A DNA stretch of 64,000 nt, taken from assembly GCA_964106645.2 (NCBI GenBank), contig OZ067039.1; one strand, written 5' to 3'. This DNA comes from Podarcis pityusensis. Lineage: Eukaryota. Below the pieces are notes generated by a model. The model was not told the DNA's origin. It worked only from the letters and a program-made list of their open reading frames with translations, and did no database searches. Below are positions 31,301 through 46,300 of the stretch, piece after piece. The translations under genes were made by a program, and so were the position numbers. Each line of letters starts with the position of its first letter. Positions within the stretch are counted from its first letter, which is position 1.

Positions 31301-34300
31301 ATTTTATTTCAGTTTGGCCCTAATTTTTAGTGTAAGCAGTAAATACTAATTTCTGAAAACTCTGATTCATTTAGGAACAATCTTAACTCTTTGTCTTACA
31401 GCTTGTTTCAGAAAAGAGAATAGATAAGAATCTGTTACCACCTAAGAAGATTATTGGCAAGAATTCCAAAAGTTTGGTAGAAAAAAGACAAAAAGAATTG
31501 GAAGTCTATCTACAAACTCTCCTTCTTACGTTTCCCTTGGCTGCACCCAAAGTGTTGTCCCAGTTCTTACATTTTCACTTATACGTAAGTTGCATTCTGC
31601 CATTCTTCACTATGGTTTATTGTCAAATATTCTGAGTTCAGTTCTTATTTTAAATTTCTTATCTTAAATGGCATGGGGCTGATGAGAATTGTAGTCCACT
31701 ATGTTGACAACTTGTCTTCTCAGAAATATGCCTTGAAATGACCAGTGTGAATTTAGGGTGTTTGTGCCTTTCATCTATTGCTTTTCATAGCTTGAGTTTC
31801 AGAAAACCTTTCAGCACACTTTCTCTTCTGTATTTGTAGTCACCCTTTTTAAAAAATCTTGCAGCACAAGAATTTGTTGGTCTTTTTTCAAACCCTTTTA
31901 CATATTATTTGAACTGTGACCAGAGTATGTCCCATTGAAGACTAAGGCACAGGTGCTAAATGATTACGTTTCATTGCCATTTATATATTAGATGCATATT
32001 TTGATGTTTAATGATTTCATACAGCATTTTCTGATTATGCATTTATAGTTCCTTCTTGCTGAATTTTCTCAATTGCATTTAGCTCCAAATATTGACTGAT
32101 TATCAGGATAATGTCACAGGGAAACAAATGTCATTCCTTACGTATTTCCCTTTCTTTTCTTCTTCGCGGATTTCTTCTTTAAAAGTAATCTTCCTATTTT
32201 GAAATAGCTTCCTCTCTCAAGTTGTTCATTGATACACACCATCTGCATCTGATACAGCAGTTTTAATTATTGTACCATTGAGGAAATGAAGTGGATGTAA
32301 CTTGTGCAATTAGAACTGCAGTAAAAGGAAATAGATTCTTCCCTGTCTTGTGGATCTTTTTCCCAGCAGTAGCTTAGTTCATTAAAAAGAATTTTTTTTA
32401 AAAAAAGAAAAATGGACACACAGCCTTCATCTCCACTGGGGAATAATTTCAGACACTTTTTCTTCCTTATTGGCTGAGCAGCTAGTGAGTTGAACTAATG
32501 TCTTCTGCAGAGTGCTGTGATGTACTGGGTATATAAGGGATAAAATAGCCTCTCACTTAATTGACTTAATTTCCTGAGTACAGCCAGCACTGAACATCAC
32601 TCAGTGTTTGGATTATTTTAATTCTGTATTATTTTTTAAGATATATTGAATCTTGTTTTATGTTTTTTTAAAAAATGTTCAAGCAGAAGTTTGTGATTTT
32701 TTCTTCCATTTGCTTGTTCTTTATAGGAAATCATTGGGATCACAGCTGCATTGGCTGAAGAACTCTTTCACAAAGGTATTTTTTATTTATTTTTTATTTT
32801 GTATGACCACCCAGTAACATATATTCACTGGATCACTCACAAAATAGAATATGGTATTAAAAATACAAAGCAGCAAGAGCAGCATAAATAAATGTTCATT
32901 TTTGGCATGCATACAATAAAAATCTAATCATAAAATTGAAAAGCCCAGATTATAAAAACACATGTTATTTTAAAGGCTTGAGTGAATAAATAATCTTTCA
33001 TTGATGCTGAAAAAAACTGTAATTCCTCTAAACACAATATAATTCTTGGCATGTGTGCTGTTTCTCTATAGCTAATTTAGGGACATACCTGGGAGTGAAT
33101 CTATTGAAATCACTGTGGCTGTCATCGGAACTGACACATATAGAACTGTGCTCTTAGATTTGAAGCTAGCCAAAGCAGATGTGCATGTTTGTATGTAACA
33201 TGCCATCAAGCACATATAATAACTGTCTTCCTCAGTAACTTTATGTGTGTTAGGTGATTCTTTTTCTACAGTGGTGTGTCACATCACATCTTATATTGGT
33301 TGGCAGAGGTGGGGCTCTTGCCAAAAGTAAGGGGTGTACAGCAAAATCCAGTGTTGCTTTAGCAGACTTGCACTTGCTCAATGAGACTTCACCTTCCTCT
33401 CCTCTTCCCTGCAGCCCCAAGATAACCCTCAGAATCTGCTCCTGGGGGACCCTGGACAGCTTTAAACACAGCTAAAATAAAATAAATTAGATGTTTTAAA
33501 AAGCTTTTTCAACTTTGTCTAAGTGCTTACATATGCAGTGGGTGCTTAGTACTATTATGATATATAGCTTGGTACTATTATGATATATAGAAATCCCGGT
33601 TAAACTTTGCAAATTCTGGTCAGAAATGGAAAAAGACTTAGAAGATTGCAATCATCTATAAGGCAAATTGTAGCATTTATGTTTTATTGTTCTCCCAGTA
33701 ATATTGGTGAATGCTTGCCAAATCTCTTATTTTTGTTTCTCAGGAGAGCAGTTACTTATGGCTGGTGAGGTCTTTAATATCAGACCCTTGCAGTTATATG
33801 CTATTACTCAACAACTTCGTTGGGGAAAGCCAACATGTGCAAATGGAGATGCCAAAACTGATCTTGGTCACATTCTGGATTTCACGTGTAGACTCAAATA
33901 TTTAAAGGTAAATGTGTTCTTTTCCATTTTTTAATTTTGAAATAAATTCTACATGCTGATAATTGTAATAAGCAAAGATTGAATAATGTCCTGAAGATTG
34001 TTCCAAAACATCACACATCATCTTTCTACTCATTCTTCTGTAATACAGTATTTTAATTTGGATAGTATTGCTATGTTCCATATTATGTTAAGCCATTCTG
34101 AAAATGGTGGAGTGATATTTCCCCCCTCGTTTGCTTCTTTACAAGTATTGCTAGTTGTAAGGAGAAGAATTACCATTTCCAAGTCAACATCAATAATGGA
34201 TTCCTTTAAATAACCCAATAGTAACAGCTTTGGTTCTAATGGTAATATATATCATTTCCCTGTCTAGGCTCCAGATTGTAATCCAAACAATCTGGATTAT

Positions 34301-37300
34301 AGGACAGTCCCAAAATATATTTAGAAAGTCTGCCCATGCTGCTTTATATGTCCCAACAATTTATTCATGCTGACAGACAAATCTGGCTCAATCTATATGG
34401 TGTCAAATTCCATCGGTTCTGAGTTTTAAAATACTTTTCTTTTAAGTGTGTTGATAGTACATTTATTATTTCTTTCATAAAATTTATATACTGCTTGGTT
34501 GTAAAAACAAACCTCAAAGTAGTTTACAAAAAAGTATATTAAAAAAATCAAACTTGATAGTTCCTTAATACAAATCCATTGCCATTTCTTAATGTCCAAT
34601 TCTTGATCTGCATATCTTGCCCATTATTTCCTTGTAAAAGTACATGATAGATCTCTTAAACTCTAGTATCAAAATGCATAGTATTCCTGTCTGGCTGTTG
34701 ATAAGTGCCTCACTGCAGTTACCTTCCCTTGATTCACTATATTTCCTGTGCAGGGACAGGACCACCTGGGCGTATTTAAATATTGGTGGTCTTGCCATGA
34801 CTTGGGACGCGGGTGGCGCTGTGGGTAAAACCTCAGCACCTAGGACTTGCCGATCGCATGGCCGGCGGTTCGAATCCCCGCGGCGGGGTGCGCTCCCGTC
34901 GTTCGGTCCCAGCACCTGCCAACCTAGCAGTTCGAAAGCACCCCCGGGTGCAAGTAGATAAATAGGGACCGCTTACCAGCGGGAAGGTAAACGGCGTTCC
35001 GTGTGCTGCGCTGGCTCGCCAGATGCAGCTTGTCATGCTGGCCACATGACCCGGAAGTGTCTGCGGACAGCGCTGGCTCCCGGCCTATAGAGTGAGATGA
35101 GCGCACAACCCTAGAGTCTGGCAAGACTGGCCCGTACGGGCAGGGGTACCTTTACCTTTACCTGCCATGACTTATGCAACTGCTTCAGATGATATTATAT
35201 TTTGCCCATTCATTAAATGTTTAATTGTGTGCAAACCAAATATATTTGGTTTCACTGTCACTTTGATATATTTGCCCAGTTTTTCTCTTGGTATCTGCAG
35301 GTAAATATGTTCTAATAGAAACATTTTATCACCAGGAATGAAGAGTCCTCAAAGAAAAATATATGAAGATCCAATATATTTTGAGTGATTGTATTGGCCA
35401 GCACAGGATATTGTTTTAGCTACTCCTTAAAAATATTGAGTCTGTTTGCCCATGAAGAAGAGTCTTTTAACTCAAACACCATATGGTACAAAATATAAGC
35501 ACAAGGTGGCAGTGTTGTTTTAGCTGCATATGTGTGCTGCATCTTTAGATGGTTGTCACGTGATATTACATTGAATATAGGTCCTGGGAGCAGTAAAATT
35601 CGCCTTTTTATTTTTGCCAGTAAACACTTGTGGATTATTCATCATAATTTGTACTTAATTTAGCAATATCTTAATTTTTGTCTTTAGATAACAGGCACAA
35701 GTGGACCTTTGGGAACCAGTAACATTCAGGAACATCTTTTGCCTTTTGACCTATCAATATTTAAATCTCTTCATCAGATACAGGTATAGTTGAAAAAGAG
35801 TTTGGTGAAGCCAAGGACCAAAACTGGGCCTTTGTGCATGCAATATATGTCTGAGTTTTTTGGTCCCAGCTTTGAAATATTGCAAAACCTTCATTAATTG
35901 TCCTGAAAACTGATAGAGTTGCTTACTTGAATATTAACCTGGAGATGGCCTACTCACTCTCAGTGCTATGGAGCCCATAAGCCTCTTTAATTTTCAGAAG
36001 GCCAGACAGCAGCTGGAGTGCAGGGAGCACAAGTCACATAGTGAATATCCAACCAAACATGTTGTTGAAAGGCAAATAAAATCTAATTTTGCTTTCTCCA
36101 TTGCAGCATTTGAGATGTCATCTAGCAAAGTTGTTCCAAGTGATAAAGAGCTTATTGAGATCAGGCTTAGAAGTGAAGTGGAACTTTTGACCACCTGCAC
36201 TTAGAGAAAAAAGTTGCCCATATCTGCTTGTACTCTGATGCTGCATTTGAAGCAGTGTGTGGCACGGTGTCCAGTGCGTGGTCTGTTTAGGTTAATTGGG
36301 ATCATTTTCAGTCCTTGTTGGCTGAGATGTTTTCATCACAGACCCAGCTATTTACACAAACACCTGGACTATATTAACTGCATTTCAGTGCTTTATCCGC
36401 TTAGGTTGATGTTTGCTGTTGAATATTGGATTTTGTAGTATTGGGTTATAATTTTTATGGAGTAATGCGATTTTTATTGTTTATATGTTGTGGTGCTGAT
36501 TTTATCCCAACATGGTAGATTGGTACTGGGTGTGCTAGAACTAAAGGAGTAGCTGTAGTAGTACAGTAATAAAAAATGGAATTTTGCTTTTCTCTGATGA
36601 TCTTCATTTTGCTTTATATACCCTTTTTGATAAAAAACAAACAGATAAATCACTGTGGCGCAAAAGTTATTAAAGGGCTGACCTCCTCAAAGCACACTTT
36701 GGCTACACTGAGTGTTCAGTTCTCAGCAACATCAATGATGGTAAGACTGAAACATTAACCATTTGCAATTACATTGTGGCAGTTGTTTACAGCTTTTGAC
36801 TGTTCACAAAGTAACAAAGTTATATTCAGAATTTGAATGCATGAATGTAAGCATGTTTTTGTGAGATGTCTTATTGAGATGGTTTTACAGCTCAGCCCTA
36901 AGCATTTATACTTGTAACCTCACCAAAATCAGTGTGATGCAGTGTGACTGCATACAGTACTCTGGGTGAAATATCTTGCAACTCAGGCTTTTAAAATGTA
37001 GGCTTAATTTATCTCTGCATATAATAATTCTTGAGGGGAGATGGTTTACAAGGCTAAAACTTCTTTGGGGGAGGGAGAAAAGTCGAAATAAAAAGAATTT
37101 CATTCAACGTTCTCTGTGTTTTGAACAGGAGGTCCTAGTTCCTGAGGCCTATGAATTTGACCAGTGGGAGCCAGAGGGTGCACCTTCCAGTTGTCCCGTG
37201 ACCGCAGTTATTCCAACATGGAGAACTTTAACAACCTTAGATATGAGTCACAACAGCATAGCTCGAATTGATGAATCTGTGGTAAGACCATATTTTTAAA

Positions 37301-40300
37301 AATGTTTTAAAATTTTAAAAGAAAGTGAGTGATATATGTGTTTTACTTATTGATGCTAGCATATTGTGAAATGATCGAGGCTTTTGAACATTGTCAGGGT
37401 TGCCCAAAAGCCTTGGTCATTTCATAGAATGCTATAAAATGATCAAGGCTTCTGAACACCTTTGCCAAAGATCATGCCTAATTGTATTTTCCCCGTTGAA
37501 CTGCAGAGAGCTATACTATATTGCAAATTGCTTTTGAAATTTCCCTTACTTTCAAAAGAGGTGTGCCTTGTGGCCTTCGAGCTCTGCTTGAGAAATTGAA
37601 CTCCTAAATTCCTTTGGGAACATAGCACTAATCATGTCGTTGTTCTGATTCCAAACAGTGTTCAGTATTCACACTGAAAGGTCACTCTTCCTTTGTTTTA
37701 GAAACTTATGCCGAAGATAGAATTTCTTGATTTAAGCCACAACGATGTACCACTAGTGGAAAACTTACAGGTTAGCTTTGACATCTTTGGTAATATTATA
37801 GTGTGTATTTTTGTTTAGTTCCTTAAATGTTTGCTTATGATTTGATATTGAACCTGCTTGATTACCTTTCTCTTGGTAAGTCTGTCTTCAGTGCAATTTT
37901 GGAAGTGAGCATTGCAATTGTATGCATGTCTGCTCAGAAATAAGGCCCATTAAGTTAATTGTATAGAATTACCGCTTTAATTGCTGTGTATGAATAGCAA
38001 CTTTATAAAGCCTCGGGGTGTCAATTTATGGCACAAATGCTATTAAATTAACATGTAATCTGCTTGTTTTCTGTTGTAGCATCTGTACAACCTCATTCAT
38101 CTGGATCTATCCTACAATAAACTTGCAACACTAGAAGGTATTCATACCAAAATTGGGAATATCAAAACACTGAACTTAGCAGGGAATCATCTGGAAAGAC
38201 TTAATGGCCTCAACAAACTCTATTCTTTAGTCAACCTGGATCTTAGCAACAACAAAGTGGACCAGGTATTATGCAGCACAATCATATACATGTTTACTCA
38301 GAAGTCTTACTGAGTGAAAAAAGTAGTGTTAAACAATATGTGTAACTATTTTGGGGGTCTAGAAATCAGCATGGTCTCATACTGCAAATCGTGCAATCTG
38401 ATTCCTGTTCATCTCCATGGAATCCTGAGCATCTTTATTTCCCCTTTCTAAATAAGAGAGCAAATTTCTAACCTTATTGTGTAGCTTCCGTCTACTAAAA
38501 AGCTCAGCTTATATCTCTCTGCAATGGCAATTTCTCCACTCATTTGTGGACCGCATGATGTCAAATAGACAAGCCGTTGTTTGTGTCCTGTATCTTTCAA
38601 ACATTTGTATTATGTAATAAAATAAAATAAGGAAAATTTATGGGAGGGATGTTACTATCCCCAATAATCAACTATTTTCTGGGATTTTGAATGAAACTAC
38701 CCAAATTAGCTTTTGTGTGCACAGTATGTTTAATTTTAATTTTACTTCAGTTGTATTGTTTCACTTTATTTATTTCTTTATTATTGTATGTTATTGAAAT
38801 GTATGCCCTTCCTTCCTTCCTTTTGTAAAAAGCTCATTTTGTTTGGATGGAATCTTCAGTCCTGTTTCCACCCATTCCTCCAGTCTCCCTAGCCCCTCAT
38901 AGTCAAAAATCTGCACGCTTTTGGTGCAGAACCAGCAAATATCTTCTGATTTATTATTGTCACCGAATAGGATTTTTAATAAACTGTTTTAGAGTTACAA
39001 TCTGCAGCCTATCACTATAAAGAGAGCAATCAGAAAATAATATATGGAAGAATTTATTTTTTATTCCTGTGCTTTTCAGATTGATGAAATAAAGAATATA
39101 GGCGGTCTTCCATGCTTGGAAAAAGTTGTCTTATCCAACAATCCTTTGAGTATTATTCCCGATTACAGGACCAAAGTGCTAGCTCAGTTTGGGGACAGAG
39201 CCTCAGAGGTAAATGTTCTCATACTTAACATTTGATGGGATTTTCTTTTGTATAATACAGTGTGAAAGCAGCACATTTTTTTGAGAAGCAGTGTGACATA
39301 TGATAAAATTTCTTGATAAAACGAGTAGGACCCACAACAACATGAAAATTTAGTGATAGAGCCCAAGCTTTTCATGAAAAAGGTCCTAAATTCAATCCCC
39401 AGTATCTCCAATTAACTATACTATCAAGTAGCAGTGGTAGGAGAGACCTGTGTGAGAGACTTTAAAAAGGTGCTACCACTCAGGATTGACAGTACTGGGC
39501 TAGCTATTCCAGTGTTTAAAATATGCTTTGCCAATTTTAACTACTGGTAGTTCATATGATAAGCAGGAATCTTAAGTTGAGATGTCTGTCTATATGTACT
39601 TGAGTTCTAAAGGCTTTGTTTTAACTTTTGCATTGATTTAATATTGTCTGGGTAAGCTAATGGGATTCAAATTGCTTTATTGTAGAAGATTTATTATGAT
39701 TGGTCCCTTGGTTTTTCAGGTCTGTTTGGATTATACTGTGACCACTGAAAAAGAACTTGACACTGTGGAAGTGTTGAAGGCTATTCAAAAAGCAAAAGAT
39801 GCAAAATGCAGAATGAACAACTCTGATAAAAAGGTGAGAGATGGATGGATAATGAAACCTGTTCAATAGGATGCTTTTAAACTTTTTTTAGGAAGGAGGC
39901 AAGATGATGTATCAAATTATGTGGAAGTGGTGGCCTGTTTGAAGACATTTCTTTGTGCACTATACTGAAATTTCCATTTAGACAATATCTTCTCCCTCAC
40001 TTCGCTGACATTCCTTGATAGTGTTTGGACATAATGCAAAATCATGGTTTAGAGTTATGAGAATGACTCCCTGAGGGCTTGCATATTTCCTGCCCCACTG
40101 GCACAGCTATGAGGAGATGAGAAACTTTCGTAGAATGTGATCAGCATGCAATATTGCAACTTATAGCACAACTAGATTATAGTGGGGCTGCCCAGAATCT
40201 GATCCAGAATATGCCACTGGTGCAGAATGCCATAGCAGGTTTGCTGCATGCTATTCCTAGAAGGATGAATCATAGAACACAAGTTCTCTGGGAGCTTCAC

Positions 40301-43300
40301 TTGCGCCTATTGGCTACCATGTTGCTTACATTGGTGTATAAAGCTTTGACTGGCTTGGGAGCGACACACATGAAGGAGTGCCCCTGTGATCTATACAGAT
40401 GAAGGTGGTTAGGAAATGAAATACAAATAAAGAATAATAAAAATATTGAACAATGGGTATTAAACATATTTCAGTTGGATGTAAATCTCTAGGGATCTAC
40501 ATGTAAAGTACTAGGTTTTTTATTTAGCTGCTTAGTGGTAAATATTATTTTAAACCCTAAGAAGTATTGATCCTCCATGTGCAGCAGGCTGTGGTCTTGA
40601 TTATATTACTACTCTCTACTGGGAGAGAGTACCACATCAAACTACTCTCTACTGGGAAAAAATTGTGATATTGCAAGGTCGTCGTTGTCATTCTCTTCCC
40701 CCCTGCCTCCTGATTTTCCACGTCCCTCCACGCAACCACAACTGGTCTGCTTGTTTTGGCTGGGCTGTTGCTTATTAATATACAGTAACCATAAAACAAC
40801 AATATACAAAATGAATCTGCAGGTACAACTATAAAATCATCCAGAACTCCACAGCTTCAGCAAGTTAGAATTCCTATGGATTGTACTGTTAGCACACATG
40901 GATACGTTTTTTTTGTTCCTCGAGGTTGTCAAAATGTTTTGTGTTTTTTGGGAGTTGTGAAACTGCACATGCTTAGAGTATTGGTTGCTTCTTCTTCTTT
41001 TTTTTTTTTTTTCATATTTGTATCTTGCTTTTCATCCCGGGAACTCATGGTTGTGTACATTCCCCTCCCAACCCTTTCTATCTTTGCAATAGCCCTGCGA
41101 GGTAAGATAGGCTAAGTTTATATATGTACACACATAAGCAGCAGTTATTTTCATGTTGTGTGTATGCAGGGGGCCCAATCCACATTCAGTATTCCATACA
41201 CAGGGAATCTTGTTGGCATCCCTGAATTTCACTAGGTCTGCTTTGAGTATGAGTAACGTTGGATATTGCCCATAGGAAGAAACAGTTACTGATGGGTTTC
41301 TTCTCACTCTTGGCTTTTACTTTTGAGTTTCTTGGGAAAACATTCCTAACATTTTCTTTCTGGTACTAAAGTTAATTGGTCCATTGAAAGGTGGATAATT
41401 TGCTTGTTCATACACTGGACTTTTTAAATTGATCTTAAGTGCTGTTAATGCAGTATTGCCAACATCCAGTATTATGGCGAAGAAGCTGTGTTTTAAAATT
41501 ATCTAATTTATCACAGCCCTACTGCTTGCTAACAAATCTGTCTTTGTTTTCATTCGAGATAGGGATGCTTTGTAGCCTTTGTTCCCAGCCCTTCCTTTTT
41601 TCTTTCTCAGATCCCCGAAGATCCCAAGCTTTCTGCTGCCAGTTCAAAATCAAACTGTTCTTCTCTTTCTGTACATCCTCCCTCTCCTTCTCTGCCTCGT
41701 CCTGTCAGCTCCAGTCAAGGTAATCATGTATGTATCATGCTGCATGGCCAGGCCTTTTGGTTCTGCCTTTCTAGGCTGCATTGATATACATGAATTTCTT
41801 TACAGGGAAATGGGGTTTGGCAACATCAGTGGAAGCACAAAGGCAAATGATCAAATACTTCTGTACCCATGGTTGGAGGCAGTATTGCTTCTGAATACCA
41901 GTCACTGGAAGCCACAGGGAGAAGAGTGCTCTTGTGCTCAGGTCATGCTTGCTGATTTCTCACAGACATCTGGGTGCTCACTGTGAGAACAGAATGCTGG
42001 ACTAGATAGGCCATTGGCCTGATCCACCAGGCTCTTTTGTATGTTCTCATCAGCCCATAACTCTCCACTGGTGGTGAAAGGGACGCAGGTGCCGCTGTGG
42101 TCTAAACCACTGAGCCTCTTGGGCTTGCTGATGAGAAGGTCGGCAGTTCAAATCCCTGTGATGGGCTGAGCTCCCGTTGCTCTGTCCCAGCTCCTGCCAA
42201 CCTAGAAGTTTGAAAGCATGCCGGTGCAAGTAAATAAATAGGTACCGCTGCAGCAGGAAGGTAAACGGTGTTTCCGTGCGCTCTTGTTTCCATCACAGTG
42301 TCCCGTTGTGCCAGAAGTGGTTTAATCATGTTGGCCACATGACCCGGAAAGCTGTTTGTGGACAAACGCTGGCTCCCTCGGCCTGAAAAGCGAGATGAGC
42401 ACCACAACCCCATAGTCGCCTTTGACTGCACTTAAATGTCCAGGCGTCCTTTACATTTACCTTACCTTTACCTTACTTGTGCTGAGAATACTACATAAGC
42501 AGTAAATGAGGCATATGCTTCAATTTATTTATATAGGTTATTGCAAGCAAATAAAATATAAAGTAGAAAACATTTTACCACATTTCTTCAAACACTAAGA
42601 AAATTGCGGTAGGAATTTGGAAATATCCAAATGTTGTATGTGCAAGTCGTTGCAATATCTTTCCTTGTTTTCTATCTTCTATCAGTACAAGGCATTTCCT
42701 CCAAAATTATGTGCATTTGGGTTTTTTTTTAATGTTGCTAGTTTTCACAGGTTCTTTTTCAAATATCAATGTAGCCAAAATTCAAAGTCATGGACATATA
42801 TATATGGAACAGGTCATATCTCAGTGACCTGCCTCAGCTCTGCACGCAGGAGGTCCCTGGCATCTCTAGCTGGAGCTGGGAGAGATCTCTTCGTGAAAAC
42901 TGGAGGCCCTGTTTGTAACAGTCTTTCGGGTTGAAACTTCCAAGGATGGACATGTGTTCTGCCATTTTATTTTCTGAAACAACTGCTGGTGTTTTTGTGA
43001 CACCATCTGTTTCCATAAAGTATTAATCATATCAAGTGTTACAGGAAATCCAAGATTTAAATATTTTTTACAGGAAACAGAAAAGCACAAATATTTCTTC
43101 AGCTTCCTTAACTACTATCAGAATTCAGTAGATTGTTTTTGTTTTTTCCCCCATAATGAACAGGTAGACTGTAGGGGTCTTCTGTTGAAGAAATTATTAA
43201 TGTGTGAAGTTACACATTAATAATTTTAAGGGGTTTGCAAACTTAATTTTTTGGTTGCAAATTAATAGGAAATACAAAAGAAATTCTGAAACTAATTACA

Positions 43301-46300
43301 TGACACTTCTAGACTGCCATCCGAAGCACATTTACTAGAGAAGCAGTCTTCAGCGGGACTTGCTTCTGAGTAAACTTGCTTAGGATTATTCTGTTAAAAC
43401 AAGAGTAAGCTACCGCATCCCACTGTAATAATTTGTTCTCACTTCTGAGCAAACACAGAATTGGGCTGTTAGCCTTATTTCATACCATAACCAAGGATCA
43501 TTTCACATGAATGTATGGCTACGATTACTATAAAAACATTGACAGCTAAAAATATTTCCATTTGTCTTCTGATTTTAACAATTATTGTTCTCTTGAGTGC
43601 TTGAGGTTATATATAGAAGAGAGCTGCAAAGAAATATATATAATACCCAGTCCAGTTAGCCTTGTTCAGTACATTAATTACTTCCCTGAGCGCACTCTCC
43701 ACTCACAGTCCTCCTGGGAGTCCAGCTGGCCAGTCATGGGACAGTTGCGGGGGGGGGGGGGGCAGTGATGGAAAACTCCAAACATGGGCTCACATATGCA
43801 ATAGGGAAAAGGATGAATGCAATGGACAAATGGATGCCTCCCTAATTTTCATCTGAATGACACAAAATTATTTAAATGACTTCAAATCTGAAACAATCTG
43901 AACTGCAGTCCAAGCCTTTCACACATTTCAGCAGCCCAGTTATTTCGTTGGAAACTCAGCTCCATTGAGATCATTTGCTTCCGTCAAGCATAAATGCAGC
44001 AGCCTGGGTGGGAAGTAATAAGATTCCAAGCTTCTGATGAACCTGTGTATTCAGTAATTATTGTTAAATTATCAGTATGTCAAATAGGTATGTTAGTTGA
44101 TGGATGTGCATTTCTCTTAAGTAATCTCAAGCACAGGATGACATTGTATAAATGTATGCTTGAAATACAATGCATTTTCTTTCTCAGAGCATGTGAAAGT
44201 TAATACTATTTAGTATATTTCAAATCACATTTGCTTGTTTTTACATCAGTGGTGTTCAAGAACTGTTTTTTTTATCTGTTCTAGAAATAACTTTTAGAAA
44301 AACAGTCCTAGCCAGCAGTTTCTCATCAAGTAGTTCGACTCCTACAAGCCATACAGTTACTCAAAGATGCTCTGAAACACCCGGCCTGGGAAGCAGAAAT
44401 CAGGTAATGGCTCATTTTCTGAGATAGTTTTTGTCATAAACCAGCAAAGTCTGTAGCCCACTCAAACCTGAATGCCATGTCTGAGAAAAGTGGAGTAAGA
44501 TTTCAGCAAGATGGCTGACTGGAAACATATTTCAAATAGCTGTCCATATGTTAGATAATCTTTNNNNNNNNNNNNNNNNNNNNNNNNNNNNNNNNNNNNN
44601 NNNNNNNNNNNNNNNNNNNNNNNNNNNNNNNNNNNNNNNNNNNNNNNNNNNNNNNNNNNNNNNNNNNNNNNNNNNNNNNNNNNNNNNNNNNNNNNNNGAA
44701 ACTATACCATGGCTACTTTAAAAAAGCAAACATTTTTTTCTTTTCCTGAGGTTTGCTTGTAAACTTCTGATACAAGGAAATCTGATGTATTCACTGAATG
44801 TCTTCTACCTATAGCAAGGGTGGGGAACTATATCTGCTTGGTGGGCCGGAACCTATCTTCTCTCAACTTCCCTCATAGGCACAGTTAAGTAGGTAGCCAA
44901 TGCACCCAGTTGTCAGTATCCTGGCATCACAATGACTGCAGGTTCCTATGTGGATGATCAGCTAATCATCAGGACTTGCAAAGAGCTACCTGTTGATTTG
45001 CCATGTTGCACTAAAGAACAACAAAGCCTATACATGCCATTCTGCTTTAAAGGGGGAAAGCACCATTCAGAGCAATCACTAGCTACTCCAGATAGCCAAG
45101 TGATGCTTATTAAAGTCATTTTAAAGTTAAACAGGTTATCTAGGGTTGCCATATTTCAAGAAGTGAAAATCCGGACACAAACAAATTGACATTAAAAAAA
45201 AATAATGCCAAAGAACTTGACACATTCCCTTTTCGGTGGCGGGGGGACAACACAAAAAACCATTGAAATCCCAGTAATGTCTGGGATAATCAGAACGTAT
45301 GGCAACCATATTATAGCCCACAGTTCAGCTAGTTATTGAGCCATATTAACCTTTTGAACTATGTTAAGGTTGTTATGTGACTAGGCCCACCTTTTACTAG
45401 ATTATCGTGTCTCCTTTTGTATGTTTGTTTCTTCACTTTAATATTTTTTCCTGCTCTTAAAGCAGTCAATGATTCAGGCTTACAATCTTAAAAACACAAA
45501 AAGAAAAGTGATTGGAAGGGAGGAGCAAAGAGACCCCACTTCTTAGTTACAAAGTTCTTGTAAGTGTTCTTTCCAGCAAGCACTGGCAAAGCAAGATCCC
45601 TGCAGCTGCATGCAATGCATGGGGACCGACTGATCTTCCTCTTGTCCATTACTCTCTACTTGGGAGTCAGTAGGAGCAGCCTCCCAGCGGCCCTTAGTCC
45701 CCTGGCCGATGGCAAACGCAAGAATGTACTGCCCTTCAGTTGTGCAGTACCAGGGGCAAACTTGACAGATGCATCAGAGTGTGACTTATTTATTCTGATT
45801 CCCTTCTCTTTCAAGGTACCTGCTTCTCAGTTGGACTCTTCCAACAAATATGAAAATGCCCATCACATGTGGTGAGAGTGATGTTTCATTTTGATTTCCA
45901 CTTCTACCTCTTGAACATTTGCATGCATTCAAAACTTGTAGCTGCTAGAGATCACTGTAAAGAGAGGAGAAATAAAGTTGTGAAGACTTAAGGGGGTTCA
46001 TCTGCCTGGGAGCTCCCTGTACTTCCTGTTTAAAGCAGAAGTGTGAAACAGGAAGTACAGGAAGCAGCTCCACAAAATGCAGATGGGGCAAGTTGAGGTC
46101 AGGATGGACTCTGTACACACTCGAAATGGTTTGTAAGGACCAGCTGAATGAATGCATACCTGCATAAGTTCAGCAACCGTCTACTTTTATCTCAAATGCC
46201 ATTGCCTCATTACATATAATAATAATTATCAATAATAATACATGTATTTTAAATATTTTAGTAATGAAGAGACACCAGAGTGAGACTTGGAAATAGGATG

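Noticed and set aside
44564-44697. Possibility that the N gap hides a NISCH exon
   Set aside because: Exons 14, 15 and 16 already join in frame and give 21 exons, though an in-frame micro-exon cannot be fully excluded.
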